Assembly (NCBI RefSeq): GCF_022539665.2 | Contig: NC_081331.1 | Span: 12,214,001-12,278,000 of the forward strand | Reading direction: 5' to 3' | From: Daphnia carinata | Lineage: Eukaryota | Length of the DNA stretch: 64,000 nucleotides | Part shown: positions 1-15,737 of the stretch, piece after piece | Numbering within the stretch: position 1 is the stretch's first letter | Layout of the letters: each line of letters starts with the position of its first letter | Notes under the pieces: generated by a model | Database searches by the model: none | Told to the model about the DNA's origin: nothing | Seen by the model: the letters and a program-made list of their open reading frames with translations, nothing else | Position numbers and translations under genes: made by a program

Positions 1-3000
1 CCATAGTCGATAAGTTATTTCAAAGCAAAGCCGACAAAGCGCAAAACATGAAAGGTCAAACATATTAACTCAACGACGATAGATATCGGGTTAATAGATT
101 TAAAAAAAAAACAGCCCTAGAGCAACAGAGCGTTTGTAACACGTTCGTTAAAAACAACTTGTTCTTCTATGCTTGCCAAACTCCAGGAATGCGTGTGGAA
201 TACTGGCCTATTATATTGGAAGTGCAAGACGTGATCGTTGAACTATTACGTATTGCCTAACATTGAATGTTATACTAAACAATTCAAGTGCGTATACCAG
301 AAATAGAATGCACCTAATGGAAAATCTCGTTGGTTCACGCCTCACGACGATAGATATTTAATAAAAATTTATTCCGTGTAGGCGGAGAGTGTAGGTGGGC
401 AATGCCCAAAAGTGTATCCCATCAAAGATCCTAATCTTCGGTAAAAAAAAAAGTTCTCAACACAGATCGACCCAAAACTTTTGTCATTTTTGTCCTGATA
501 TTTATTCGGAAATTTGTTTCTTTATTGTTTACGGCCATCTGCGATGATGTCCCAAAATAGGATGGACGTGCTCAAGAGCGCGAGATAAAGCGTCGTCCTG
601 CCACCATTTGGGTAAAAAAGAAAATTGTATATGATTATATCATTATCCGCACAAGGCGGGTAGTTTGCTGGTAAAAGGTGATGATCAGAACTGATAGGCC
701 ATTAGATGATCAAGCACGGTCGATAGAAAACTCGATGTGATGTCATTGATTATTTATTTAAGGGCAAAGTGCTGCACGCGAGAGATGCGCATAAAGTTCT
801 CTAAGAGTGTTTTGTGCAAAAAGCCAATTTCGATGTCAACCAACTTAGATTTAAAAAAAAAATACGGAACACAATAGTTGCCTCATTATATTACGTTCAG
901 TTAGTTATGAATAATAAGCTTTATCATTAGAGAAAAAGACAGAAACATTTCGTTTAGTTATTAAGTGTTGCGGTACTACCGATTCGTTTTGAATATTACG
1001 CGTACAACCGACTATTTAAATGACATTTTTTAGCGCACAAATCACTCAGTCCACATATCCTATGATTGTAACGAGTCGTCGTGTGTAGCACCCTTGACAA
1101 CATTTCTTTTGTTTCACCGAACCGCTTAAAATAGAAAGCTAGTAACATACGTAGCAAATATCAGTTGTTCAAATACATTCAAGATGTACATCTCTATGAA
1201 ACAATAGATTTGATATAAAAGAAAGATTTCTCCTGAAAGAACATACATACACCAAGCCTACGTAGAAAGAAAAGAAAGGGGCGAAAGAGCGAGTGGATTT
1301 CAATATTAAGAATCAGAGAAATCCATGCACATATGTCAACATACTCTCTATATAAATACACTCGGTCGGGCGAAGATGGTTGCGCGCAATTCCACGTTTT
1401 CAAACAGAATATAAAGGCGGAGTACTCGAAAAGTCTGCGCGACCATTGAAGGTGAAGGAGCTCTCGCCAGGGATGATGGCCAAAAAACGCAAAAGATTTT
1501 CAGGCGATCGTGCCACAGTCTCTCGCCTAGGGATAACTGCGGAGGGCTATACCCTTTTGTTCCAAAATATCCCCACAAGCGATGAACTATCAAGAGATAC
1601 ACAAGTCTATAGGCGATAACAAACAGAGAGAATGTTACATACTCTTTATATTCTAATCCTCGGTGCATGTAGAGAAGAACCAGCACGTTTTGCCATACGG
1701 GAGGAACATTGGGGGTAGATGACAAACACACAAGGATTTCACCTATTTACCACTTTTGCTCCCATACGTTCTTTGTTTTTCCCCACGCGATTGTATATAA
1801 GGAAGATTACAGTTATGTATATGACATTCTTTTTTTTTGTGTGTGTGACATAGTCTTTTGCATATTTTTGAAGGCTGGCGGATATGAAGAGTGTGCTGCT
1901 CTTGATTGATGACCTAGGATTAAGAATGACCATCATCATGAGGTATAGATGAAAAAGTCATATAGGGGCGGGTCAATATAATTGATTGGACTGTGTGACC
2001 ATTCGCTTTATTATATGTACGTATAGGTTTTCTTTGCTACATATTCAAGTTAAATATAAGAGAACTTCGAGTTTGGCGAGGTGAATAATGTTTTGCGGTT
2101 CACAGTTACAAAATGATGTATATTCTACGGTGAACCCCTAAAAAATAGTAGAATAAGAGGTTGAGAAATGAAAGACGAGCCGCGACACTTTGGCTGATCA
2201 TGTAACATATCGATGTTATTTGAATTTCGATATATGTACATAATTTGCCCACAAAACATTTTTTTTTCTCATTTTTCTCTTCTGTGTCACTACACCCCTT
2301 TTCCTCCTTTTTATAATCTAAAGGGTATAGATGCTGCATCAAATTATATATACGGTGTGTCGATATAAATAATACAAAAGTCAAATTTGATTGAACGATC
2401 GCTTCTGCTATGTATAGCTGGTGTTTTTGCTTCGTTATAAATAGAAAAAAGAAGAAGAAAGTACGTAGATCAAGAGCAATGATTTGTCATCTCCAAAAAA
2501 GAGATACACGAGACAATCTATCGATTATGATAATAAATGCGGTCGTCATCCATGATCGCCATTTTTTATGGGGCGATGGGCGAATTGTATATCCGCTCTT
2601 GACGTTCTGTATCTGTCTCCTTCTTCCTATATAATTAAAATACATTTTTTTGTATTCGCTAACTAACAAAACGTTAAGAAGAACCTAACGAAACAATAAA
2701 TAAGGGAAATTTCTCGGTGCTACGTATAACGGACTACATCCTAATATAATATTAACTAGGCTGTGAATGATACATATATATGGTACGTCTTTGCCCACGT
2801 CATCATCTTGTTTTTTTTTTGTCTTTGGCTCTGAAATTGTGTTGATCCGTGACTTATATGAATCACATCACCAGCTGAATATCTTATAGACTCTCTCAAT
2901 AAATGCGCGTGCAGAGTTGGCACCGGTTTCTTTTTATCTCTATGCATTGGCCGTTGTCGCTGATGATTTAATCGATCTGTATATTTTCTGGGAAATCATA

Positions 3001-6000
3001 TCCATGATGCCAGGGTGACTGCAGTCGCTAGAAACTAACACGAAATCAGCGAGCCCAATTTTTTTGTTTTTTAATTATGGTACATTCAATATGTATCAGT
3101 GACACTGTTTTATGTGTTGGAAACGCCATTATATAACCTGTCTAAAAAGGCGTCTATAGATACATCAAATAAAAATCACAATATAAACTCTTATATCGCC
3201 TTTGATGCGTCAAAACTATACAGATATAAGGGAGAGCATGTGTACAAGAATTGATTTGTTTCTCTGATGTCGTTTGTGTGTTCTTTTTTGTTTGATTATT
3301 TTCTATTGGAAAGTAGACGTCTTTTGATCTCGGACACATCCCAACAGACTTATAAGCCACAATATCATGTAGATCAGCACATATTAAAAATCAATTCAAC
3401 CACCATATAAACATATACATATTTAAACTGTAACTGAATACATATTAGGTTATATATTAATGCGGCTGAAATTTGGTTTTTGCATACTCAGCTATTGCAC
3501 CTTGAATTGGCGTATATCCATTGTAGCATCCTTTGTCTTTATAATATCGATTTTTCACTTATAAAACGGCCACGTACATCACGCGCATTCAGTGATTCCT
3601 TTTTAATGTTCTCATTTCGTTTAAGCCACTGGCTAGAACAATAGATCATGATTCATTGTACTTGTACACTATATGCATATAATATATAGGCCCGTTCATA
3701 TATTATAAAAAAAAAGACAGCATGAGATAATATAGCTTATTATACAGGAACGAGGGTGGATTATTTAATCCGACGGCCCGGAGACTGCCGTTCCCGTTTG
3801 TGTCTTTTGTTATTATTCTTCCTGTTTTTTTTACGTGTACACAAGAAAAAGTCAAGCTTATATAGCCCCCCACCAACATATATACACACGTACATAAGGG
3901 TGAAAACGTTATACGTGACGAGAATGTATCGGTTTCTGATATCTACGGTGGCGCTCATGTCTTTAACAACAGTATATTTCTGTGGATGGCCGACAAGAAA
4001 ACATAAGTAAAACAATACAAAAAGGAACTCATCGTATAAGAAAAACACGACCTTTATGATATATATTTGTAAATTGCCCTTTTTCCTTACTACTCAGCAG
4101 CACTAATACTTATTAAAAGTATGCTAGCTTACAAATTTGATGCTTTTGCGATCTCATTTGTCTTTTTCATTAAAAAAAACTGCAGAGGGACAGTTGATAT
4201 TTCGGCATTTAAATGAATACGCATCAGTCGCTTTAATTGTATGTATTTCAGTGTTGAATAGCTAATGTGCCTGCAGGCATTTTTTGCTATGCAAACGTGT
4301 GTAAATAGTTTGTATTAGTATATAAGCCAGCGTGAAAATGAAGAAGTTTGCTTGGAATCTATCTATTCTATTATAAATAGACGTGTAGTTGATGCAGTGT
4401 TCTTTTATAGTGCATAATTTCGCTTTAATGTATAAGCACATCATGTTTCTAATAAGAAAATTTAGTCGCATTATACGTGTATTATGCATTCAACTGGTTT
4501 GCAACAATGCAGCAGCAGCTGGCGCTCATTCCGGCTCTTAATAATTGCTGTTGGCCAAATGCACAATAAGGAAACAAGGGAACAACATTTCCGGTATTAC
4601 AACAAAACGAATATTTTTCAAAACAAAAACAAAAAATGAGGAAACAATTTGGCGAGTTTTTGAAAAGTAGAGCGCTTCGCGTCTCGTTAGTCATATAAAT
4701 GTTATGATTATGGTGCTCAAATATTCGGTGATAGGGTACACATGAGCAATAAAGTATTATACGGCAAGATTTTTCATAATTCTAGTAATAACAGAGCTCC
4801 GGTAATTAGAAATTTATGTAATTAATAGTATTTCTCTAATTATCAAAGAAACACTATTCAAAACCATGGTAAGCATTAAATTGTTCATGTTTGTTATGAA
4901 ACAAGCGGAAGTTCGTAAAATTCTATTCCAAATATTCTTTTTGGATAAGGCTAACAAATCGTTTGAGATTGTTATACCCATTTAAAAGAAAACGAAAAAT
5001 TATTCTACCTTTCAGTTTTGTTTACCACCACCCACGGACAACTCTCAGCAGTTGCTCTTTCAAGAAAACCCATGGTAAATAAAAAAAACAAAAAAAAACA
5101 AACAAAACAACAACAAAAAGACACGTTAAATGCACGAGATTTATATATATAGCGACACCTATACAAGTAACAAACACGATAATATATAGAGCTGAGTGTG
5201 TGTGTGTGCAGACCGAACGGCAAGAAAGTTCTTGAGTGGCAGCGGGGCACGTTTCGTTTTCTCGCCCGGCATTGCTGATGTTTGTGGGGCTCAACCAAAG
5301 TTACATATTCGAAGAAAAGTTGATCACGCTGGGCTATCTACGGGAGCGTGAAAAAACCTTTTCAGCCTATTATACAGCCTCGGTAAATTTAGAGTATTAT
5401 ATATCCAACTTTTCCACAGTATATACACATCGGCAGTCGTGTAAATACATTATCCAATCTGTAGCTGATTTATATGAATGGTTTTTTTACACGTGTGCGC
5501 TACTCGTGTTTGTCTTTTAAATGTAAGTTTCTAAAGATGTTGGGTGTGTATGCCCGTCTTACCTGCGTAAGCTATTTATGTTATACGTTTATAGCTTCGA
5601 AACGGGGGCGTTGCAGAAAAGTCAGACGCAAACTGATCCATTTTTAATTAAACAATGAAAATTTGCTTAAAATGGCGTGGCTGAAAAGTTCGGTATAGTC
5701 AAAAGAGCAAATTTTTAGTTAAACAAAGAAGTTTGGTGAATTTTCGTCGATTTTTGGTACGTGCCGATGGGCGCTGTTGAAAGTCTTTTCACTCGACGAT
5801 TTATGGGATCTTATCTCTGGTGCAGAAAGATGTGGTTGACAACTTTGTTTCCTAAAGTATACAGATATATAAAGTTGTTGCTGGTATATCTAAAAAAAAA
5901 ATGGCCGATAAGGCACTAAAACTGTCGTTGCACCATCGAGTTTGTGGCAAAGTTTCCTATAAACCAGTCAACGATGATTGACGAATCAGATGTACCTAAC

Positions 6001-9000
6001 TATTTTAATGTAATATACTTCAATTTATACCTTCCCGATTTCTAGCTACGATATCAAATCTTACTGTATACACAATATGAACGTGTCTTACACAAAAAAA
6101 ATGTATCGGTAGCGGATGTATGCAGGCGAATTATTCGACGACAGATCCACAGCAAAAACACTGAATATATAAATAGGTTGTGGCTTTATTATATATTACT
6201 GTAGGCTATTTTGCCTTTCTCGCTTGACATGCGTTTTCTGCTATCACATATACATCATGTGTATTTGTACAGCCATCAATAAAAAAAAACACGGGTATGT
6301 GTACAGCAAAAAAGAAAATGGAATCACGCGCCAGCCATCATCATCATCCGACACATGCGCGAAATGATTTACCCACTCATCCGAAATCTATATAACGGCA
6401 GTTATTTTTTTCACCCATAACGACCACTAAGAAAGAAAATATACATTAATTCAATAAAAATGAAAATAGGGGAGGGGGCCATCATACATGTGCTTGTAAC
6501 GCACACACTTGTGCATGCCTCACTTGAAAGGCATGTGTATAAAAAGGCGGAGCAATTGGTTGTTGCCGTCACAGTCGGTCCTTTGCCGGGCCACGAACAA
6601 GTCACGCCGAACAAGAGGACGTTTTTTTTTCAAAGGTGTTTTGTGTTTGAAACGGAGGGGAATTTCACTCATATGAGTGTGTCGACAATATTCATAAACG
6701 AGGAACTATTTAAAACGGGCGGCTCATTAAGAAAGGTAAGACTTGGATCAACTATTTTTCTTATGTGCTTTTTTGGGGGGCACATTATTCAAGTAAATCT
6801 AAGGGACTTTGTTAAAGCCGGTGACTTGAGGACAACTGATGTTGCCTATTGAATTCTATACGTGTCAAGTTGTGTACCGTCTCCAATCAAGCCAATTTGC
6901 CTCATCGATAGAACATCGTGTCTCTCCAAATGAAGTTCAATAGAAATGTTTTCAAGTCGAGTTTGGAAAAATTCGACAAGACATTTTCAAAACTGCGCAA
7001 TGAACAGGGCAAATTAAGTCACAGAGTTTGCATGTATTACAACTTATTGGGTTTCATTTCTGCACTTGACAGATCGGTAATCAACGCGAAATGTATTCAA
7101 ATGACTCTCGTGTTTAGACCTTTCTAATCTACACAGCTAAATGATTGCATACGTATACACACAACTATCCTCTCTATAGTTTCTTGACATGTTGTCGTCT
7201 ATAGAAATTATTTACGTACATGCTCTCGCGTTCATATACATGCGATTTTAATTGACAACGCATGGTTTCTTATCTGTATACACGAACCCCTTGAGATTCG
7301 TTAATGAACGAGTTTTTCAGTCGCTGCTTCTAGTATAACATCGAGCCATTCAAAATGGACGTATTTAGTTACTTCCATCTTAGTCGATGCTCTTTTATTT
7401 TTGGGGTTCGTTGCAGCTTCTCTTGTGTTTCGTTCTTTTCCGTTATATACCGACGTGAAAATGGCCAGCACTCTGTGTGTGTGGATCGTCCAAATCAGAC
7501 AACCAACAACTGCAGCCCATCAGGCGAACCTTTTTGGTATAATGGAACGTGTTTTCTCCTCTTTTTTGCCTTTTAAGATGTTGCCTGTTCTCTATAATGG
7601 CGAGAAAGGGTCGTGCAGAGTACAAAAAAAGGGGGGCAGGATACACAACATCTAATATACAGCACTCCAAGAGTGCTGTCCAACAAATAAGTGATGTTCT
7701 CGTTTATATATATATATATAAATATAATACACCATTTCTATATATATTTCGCAAATGTATTGCATTGATTTCTTGGAACACGTTCAACCTAAAAAAATTC
7801 ATTTTTTCAATTGTTTATTTAGTGTTAGATTTATTAAGATGTATTATACATAAAACGTCTTTAATCACTATATACACAAGGACGTGAGTGCCTCCGGGTA
7901 AATAGTAACGTGACTTTTCCCTATACATCTACGCAAGATTCTTTTTTTTAATTATTTTTTCTTCAAAGGATCGGCGAATCAGTCGTCAAAGCTTCGAAGC
8001 GCGTGCAACTTTTCTTCTTTTCATCTCTTTATATATATATATACAGTATATATTATTATGTTGTACTACATAGATAGATATAAACAGTAGCCCTTGGGAT
8101 GATTGAGGTCGATCCTACCTAACAAAAAAAAGTCTCGTCGAATAAAAAAAAAGGAGTGAGCTGATGTCTATATAATCTTATGAGCTGCCTCTAAATATAG
8201 ATTTGCCATCGGTTGAGTGATCGATTTCATTATAAACGACATAGTAAGGCCTTATGCGATATAATAATAGATAAAGCCACAGATAACCACTAGATCGCTG
8301 ATGTTGTACGAGTTTTTTTTCCTTTTCACATGATATCGGGATAGTGTTTTCACGGTACAAGAAATCCCCCCTTTTTTCCATCTCATTTGCATAAAGAGCA
8401 TAAAAACTATGTTTGTTGAAAAGGGCACAAAGTTTTAATCGTTCCTCATTTCTTTGAAGATTGAATGATCAGGTTTATTGACATCTATTATAATAGCCTG
8501 TTTTGTGGAACACGAGGGATGTTGTCCTTTTCAAACAAACAATGTTTCCTAATTAGTTCCTTGCTGACATCTAGCTCAAAGAGTTTCTCTAATGATGGTG
8601 TCCAAATAGTCCTAATTTAGATAATACCCCTCTTCTCCCCCTTCCCTAAAAAATAATAAAAAGTCCGAATGTTATTGTTTATACATGCCCTCTTTCATTC
8701 TTGTGTCGACATCGTTTACATTTTATGAGCATATAAAAGTTGATGTATCTATATAGAGGGTTAACCCCCTAATGGTCTACGCATTCGTGTGGATGGGGCT
8801 GTGTTAGACATGTATTATATACGTATAGGTCACATACATATATATATCTATATAAAGAGGAAGACATAAAAAGAGAGAAAGGATATATTGTTACAAAAGT
8901 GAATTCTATTTTCTACACGTAACATTGGCGGCAACATCCCTCGAGCTACGTATATAGATAACCAGCCCAGCCATGTGTACAGTTACACATTTTGTGGGTT

Positions 9001-12000
9001 CTTTATAACTGTAGATAATCGTTAATTGCTGCTGCCCTTTTATTTTATTTTTTTAGATGGGGGAAAATGTTTTAAATGTTTGTCTCTAAATGGGATGGAT
9101 TTAAAGATCCCGGAAGCTTTAGACATTTAACCAGTTCTTTGCAAATGTCGGATAGTCGGGTCTACATTTTATCATTCTCCAAATTGTATATGGTGGATTC
9201 GATCGTTCTCTTTTCATTTTAGTCCTTCCTGAGGAAGGGAAAAGTCACTGTGAAAAACACGGAAATTCAAAAAAAAAAAAAAAAAGATTAAATGGGCTGT
9301 TAGATGTCATTGCTTCCGCATTGGTTTTTCTTTAAAAACAAACCGGAATCATCATTTTGAAAAAGTACTTGAAACTCGTTTTGTCCGCTGTTCGATTGCA
9401 TCTTTTTAAACTTATTCACATTTGACTTCCTGTAACACACGAGAAAGTAAAAGTTAAACACACATTTATTAATCAACATTAACAAAAACGAAAAAAAGAA
9501 GAACCATCTTCGTTTAAATGAAGGCGCTATAAATCTTTCTATAATTCATACATCAATCAATTACATTGTACAGTCTTTCCTTTTCATGTATTTCTTTAAA
9601 AATAAGGAAATAAAAAGAAGGTTATCTTTTACCCGCTAAATATAATGATGCCTATATTACATAATAGAAAGAGAACGTGTATCAGCGATCCATCGGCCCC
9701 TTTTTAGTGCCTCATTTTCTCTCAAGTCAATCCTTCGATGATCCCCCTTCATTTATATCCATACGGCAAATGTACTACAGTGTCTTTTGCAGAGCCATGG
9801 CAAAAGGATAAACACATTCTCAAAGAAAAAAAAACCCAACAAAAAGTTGTCCATCTATTGTCGATAGTCTTCTCTCTCAACAATCCTTTTTTTTTTTTAA
9901 CTTATATCGGCAACGTCCGGACTATCCTTATAGAGACAGAAGCAAAACTGGCCTCTATATTTTTGAATGAAAAAAAAATGCTTGGGCTTGTCTATATGTT
10001 TTCATATCCCCCCATTGGTCAGTCGTGACTCATGGTGTACTTCCATCCGTGTCAAAATGGCAGGAAGAGGGACGCTATATATAGAAAAGGGGCAACAGCT
10101 CATCGTTAATCAAGTCCTCTGTTTTCGTGCATCGTTCGAAGCTCCCCTTGTATTTATTCCATTTGTTATATATAGTCCTTCAGTGTATACGTATACCTCA
10201 ATGACAATTTCTTTTTGTAATAATAAGTCTCATCAGTTTAATATTTATCTTGTTGTCCCCTTTCTGTTTTAATGTTAAATGCGCGTGTAGTAAAACCAGC
10301 CGCCTCGTAAATAGTCTGACATAATCAAATCTATTATATGTACAGAAAACTTGCTCTTTGTTGTCTAGGAAACGAAGCTACAGAAAAAGGGGTTAAATGT
10401 CACTGGCCTCTTTTTTGTTATCCACAGCTTGTTTTCTACGTCAAATATTTGCTTTTATCCATTTTTGTGTAAGAGTCACTATGGAAACACTTTGTACTGT
10501 GCATGTATAAAAAAAAAGCACAAAGAAAAAAGCATGACACACTTTTATTTTTATTGTTTTATTCCATTTTGTGTATAAACAAAAAATGGCGAGAGACACT
10601 AAAACAAAAAATATATATAAAAAAGCACTTTGCACTTTTTCCCTTTTTCTTGATACTGTTATATATACCCATCTCTTTTCCTATATTTATATATGATATA
10701 TACATTAGAGAAGCAACGTAGACGGTAGTCTATTGAATTTATGTTTCTCTGCGTATGACAGAAGCGCAACAGCCACGCCCTTGATAGCACTTCAATATCG
10801 AACACGAAAACAATATATATAAAGCAAAGGCGTTGCACTATAACCAGTTAGTTGTTACAAATATTTCAAAGGGTCTAACCCAACTATATTTATATATAAA
10901 ATAAATATAATATTCGTCTTTACTAGAATCACATCCGCTTGAGTGCATGTCCTTCAATACGATTTCTCACCGCTATGAGAATTTATCCTTTTTTTGTTGC
11001 TAGGCCATTCGATTTGTAATATTTCAAAAATTGAAACGCTATTATATTAAATTGGGGCATGTATTTAATAATTTTGCATATTTATTATTTAATTGGTTGC
11101 TTTTAAACGCTTTAAAAGGCTGCTGACGTATAATGGACATTTTGTATAGATAGCTACACACATTGGCTAGATGATTGCATTTCTTTTTAGATGTATGGTG
11201 ATTGGTTGGTTTGATGGCAGGATATGTTTTTAGATATTGACATAAAAAGGGAGAATGGCTAACCCTATATTCGATATACGGAAAGGAAAGTTAGCCTACA
11301 TAATAACGAGCCGGAAAGGAAGCGAAATAATGGGATGACACGTCCGACGAAAGGATATAAAAATTGATTGATGATTTTGTTTTTCTTTTTTCTTCATATT
11401 TTTTTTCTCTCTTTCTTTTTCTCTTAACGATGGGAAGAATCGTCTTATTCCCCATCATTACACACGAAATTTTTTACACTACGATTTTTGCTGTGTTTTT
11501 TTTTTCTTCTCGTGAACTCTAAATGACCTTTTCTTTGGTTCTATAAATTTCTTGATGGTGTAGTTGTGTAGGTGTCGGGGCCAAAATGTGGGGCAAAAAT
11601 CTTAAAAACAGTTAAGGCCGTGAGAAATTATAGAGGAAGAGGACGAATTTCACCAATTCCTCAGACATGTAATCAAATTCTTCATATTGTTATACCCATG
11701 AATGCAAAGATATGTAGTAACAACTGGTTTCCCCAGAAGTTCAAGGAGGACGACAACAAAAGAAAAACTTTATGTATAAATTTAAATATAAAATAGCTGA
11801 TTGTAATTAAAGAAAATTAGCTTTTAAAAAAATCTCGAATAGATATTTTTAAAAATATGCATCCATTTCCCCAGAAACTTACGTGTATGTGTACATATGT
11901 ACGTGTATGTGTACTTATATGTACGTGTGTACAAAAGGTGTAGGCGCGTATAATTCATGGCCACCAGTTGTAATTAAGTATATATATAGACTTTAATTCA

Positions 12001-14245
12001 CTGTTACGTAACACATCGGTTTATATTGTGGGAATCTCTGCCCCTCTCACAATCTATCGTTTTCATTGTTCTGCATCCACATTTTTCGTTCAATTTATGC
12101 ACGACGATATAATGTAGAATCGTATTCCTATTACATACCCACAGCCTATCTCATGTTAAGGTTCTGCAACGTGGCTGCGGTAACGTTAAAGAGAGTATTT
12201 ATGAACACAAGGATTATTAACACACGGTTATACTTTACAGTTGACTGTATCGATAGGACGAGCAACAAAGAAAAAATGGGTGTAGCCTATACGCGAAATG
12301 ACTTCGACTCACGCAAAACTATGTCAACACGCTATAGCAACGCAGGCAATTTGTTAATGGGGAAAAGGAAGGACGATATAGTATATCGAAACAAAAGTGT
12401 TTTGTTAGCTCACATCATTTCAAAAATTGGATTTTGAAATATTAGCCTAATCACTTGATGTTTTCGGTACACCATTTTACATATAAATCTGCCTTGCCGA
12501 CATAATTCTCACATTTGCATATACGCCCAACAAAGGCAACAGGACGCATTTCCTTCTACACGATCATATAACATAAGAAATAAAAAGTTGACTAATTTGC
12601 AAGTTTTTGTATTGCCGTTATAAAAACATCTTTTCTGTACACATTTTTTGTGTGTTTTTCTACGAACAGCTGTTGTTCCTTTTGATTGTCGTGGGCGTTC
12701 CTATATATACACCAACTTTTAGCTACATCTTTTTGCTCTAATGAAACTCTGAGTCCTGCGCTCTGTCCGCAGCCATTTTCTCTATTACATGCACATTTAT
12801 ACTATACGCTGTCCTTATATATATATAGACGACTGCACTCCTTTTGGCGCTATTATGCGCAACACTAGTTACATAGTGATGCACCCTCGACGACGTGCGA
12901 TCCTTTTCAATTGGGCACACACACAATCCGCCGCCTGTGGGGGATATGCGCTGTGGAACAGAGGAAAAACACGGCCTACTATTATATATACACCATTATT
13001 ATATATATATATAAATATACTTTTGCAAGGCATTTATATACGTATTAGCCAAAGGTTTTTCGTGCTGTTAGGTATATTTATCTATAATTCTTATTTAATT
13101 TATACAGGCATATATAACATCGCACATGCTTTTCTTTCTCAACGTCGTGTGTACGAATATGATCATCGTAAAAAAGAGAAACTATAAAAAAAATAAGTTT
13201 TCGTTTCAATATTGTATGCTCTCTAAGGACATTTACATGCCCTTTTGTGGTATGTATACTTTATTATCTTGGAAACGGCACATAGACAGATGCAACAGAA
13301 AAAGTATGTGTGCGGTATATCTTACAATAATAGGTGACTATGTCTTGTATGCAAATCTGTCTGTGTATATAAGCAGCTTTTTAATCATTAGTTGCTGCTC
13401 CGCTGTCTTTTTGTTAAGTATAATCTTACATGCGCTTTGATTTCAACAGCGATATAGTCTCTCTGCAATTAGGCAAATTCAAACTTTGTGCATATTATTT
13501 TTAATTGCAATGAGTTTCTATCAATTTTTATCCAATAAGGCGATTGTAAATATGAGGCCTTTGTAACATATACATGGGGAAAAAAAATTCCTATTTATTT
13601 TGTTTTGCGCTGTGAATCAAGAAACAAAAGAGGCACCATAGGACATTATTTGTTTACCGCTGTAGCCTAAAACTGAACATGAAGCCTCACGAGATTTAAC
13701 ATGTCGCGTCAAAGAGAATCAAACTTCATGGAGTGTAACAGGAAGACCTCAAACTATAAATCTAAAAAAAAAAGGAGTTAGAAATCCGTACAACATGGAG
13801 CAATAATCATACCGTCAAAAACATCCGGAATTCCAGCGTTGCGGCATATACAACACAATCCGCCTGTATATAGCTCCAAACATGAAAAAAAAACGAGCCT
13901 GTATTATAAGGGGCCTTTTCTTTTTACCATTTCTTTTTCATCCATGAATGAAAATGACTGTATACACACACAAGTGGAAACATGCCTTTCATCGTAGCTT
14001 TTAGTATATAACATTATACGTATCAACTAAAAACGAAAATATCTGTATTGCATCATTTAGTTACGTACGTAGTAGGATGCTAGCAAACTAAATGTGGAGT
14101 GCTTTATAATGTACAACCATGTGTTTGTATATATATATACTGTATATATTTTTTAATACTTGGATATACCACACGCAGACTTAATGAAGCCTGGAGTGAA
14201 GCCTCATTTTCTTTTACACGTATCAATTCAAAGCCAAACAAGAAG

Positions 14246-14592
14246 TCAGTTTAGTTGGACCTTTACGTGTTATTTTTGTCGAGCCAACGGCGAAACCGGA
14301 CGATTAAGGGCGACGGGGCGTTACCCGACTGATATACTCCTGCCATCTCCTTTCTTTGTCCCATGGTTGGTACACCCGGAATTGCGAAAGTAAATTGATT
14401 TCAAGAGCGGGCCAAAGACACGATTTTCCTGTTAGCCAAAGAAAATGTCCAAGTCAAGACTGTTTTAAACGATGCTACCGCCTTGATGAATGCCACTCTT
14501 GTTTGCTTGTTGACACACTTGCTGCCTCTTCGCCGTACTCTCACAACAGAGTGCGCTTCTAAATAGAGTTGATACATAGACACGAGGATCAG
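14246..14592 (+). promoter_or_regulatory. Candidate promoter and non-coding first exon of the Beat-like gene
   Basis: Inr-like TCAGTT at 14246 begins a relatively GC-richer stretch ending in the donor CAG|GTGAGA at 14592. The Beat ATG exon has an acceptor (ttttttttcag, 15732) 5 nt before the ATG, so an upstream exon is required. Confidence 0.35.
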
Positions 14593-15737
14593 GTGAGAGA
14601 GTCTTACGGGCTTTTCAGCCTCTCCTCGTCTATAAAGACAAAAGACACGAAATCGATATTGATGTACAGTAAAACGTATATATCCATAGTCTACCTCAGC
14701 AGTCCAATCTGTTGGCGAAGGATTGAAATTGCGTCTCGGGAATAATACGCTAGACCGTCTTATAAAGCAATCTAATAAGACTGTATATAACTCCTTGGCA
14801 TTTTCCGATTCTCCTTTTACCCTATGTTTTGTAGTCCCCACTTCTTTTTTCTATCCGTGCGTATCAATCAAAGAGAGACCCGTGATCGCGAAAAAAAAAA
14901 GAAAAAGGCGGACAGATATATATATATATATATATAAGGGAGAGAGGGGTTATTATAGACGCTCGAATAGCCTTATCCGCACGACGACGGACAGATTGAA
15001 ACCTTTTTTACACGCATCACAAAGTCTACATACACAACAAAAGCGCATATAGTGCCTCAGGGGTGAATATATATATATTTTTTCTTCACCAGTTGACAAC
15101 GGAAGTATATATATGTTTACTTTTTTCTTTACGTTTGTGGGCGGATTTATTACACGAGTGAGCTTTACTTTGTTGAAGACGAAAAAAAAAATTATGTCTC
15201 GATTTTTGTTGTTGTTGTATGAATGCGCTAAAAAATTCCTTACAGATTCCCCTTTTTTCTTACATCATCAGGTATTTATTAAAGGAAATTCTTTGGATGT
15301 GTTCCGTGTCGGCGTGTCACGACCGGACGCATCAATGTCACTTTTTTTTTTCGCTGGTTGGCCAAACGTGTACAATATGATACATTATTCAAGGGGGACA
15401 CTGTCCAGCAACATCCCCTTGCACAGACACACGCACACACAAAAAAAAACAAAGACGACAGGAGGTCACGGATCTACGTTGGCCTTTTACTCTGTGTCGT
15501 TGAATATCAAATGGGGCGCAGCCGGACAACTTTATATATATAGCTCAGTCAAAATGTCCATCTCCCCGTCCTATAACTCGTGAAACAACAATATAACAGA
15601 CCAGGATCCCCCATGAGATTGCAAACCCATCAGTCGACTGACTTATATATATATATATATATAAAGAAACTATTTCTTTTGTTATTGTTTAAAATAGTTT
15701 TATTTTTTATTTGATGTACTATTTTTTTTCAGGAGAT

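Noticed and set aside
1380..1619. 79-aa ORF in a slightly GC-richer patch after a TATA-like word
   Set aside because: No true ATG start, no recognisable domain and no convincing splice partners.
1194..15583. Numerous 60-156 aa ORF-track entries
   Set aside because: F/I/Y/K-rich translations of homopolymer and TA-rich DNA with no domain signatures.
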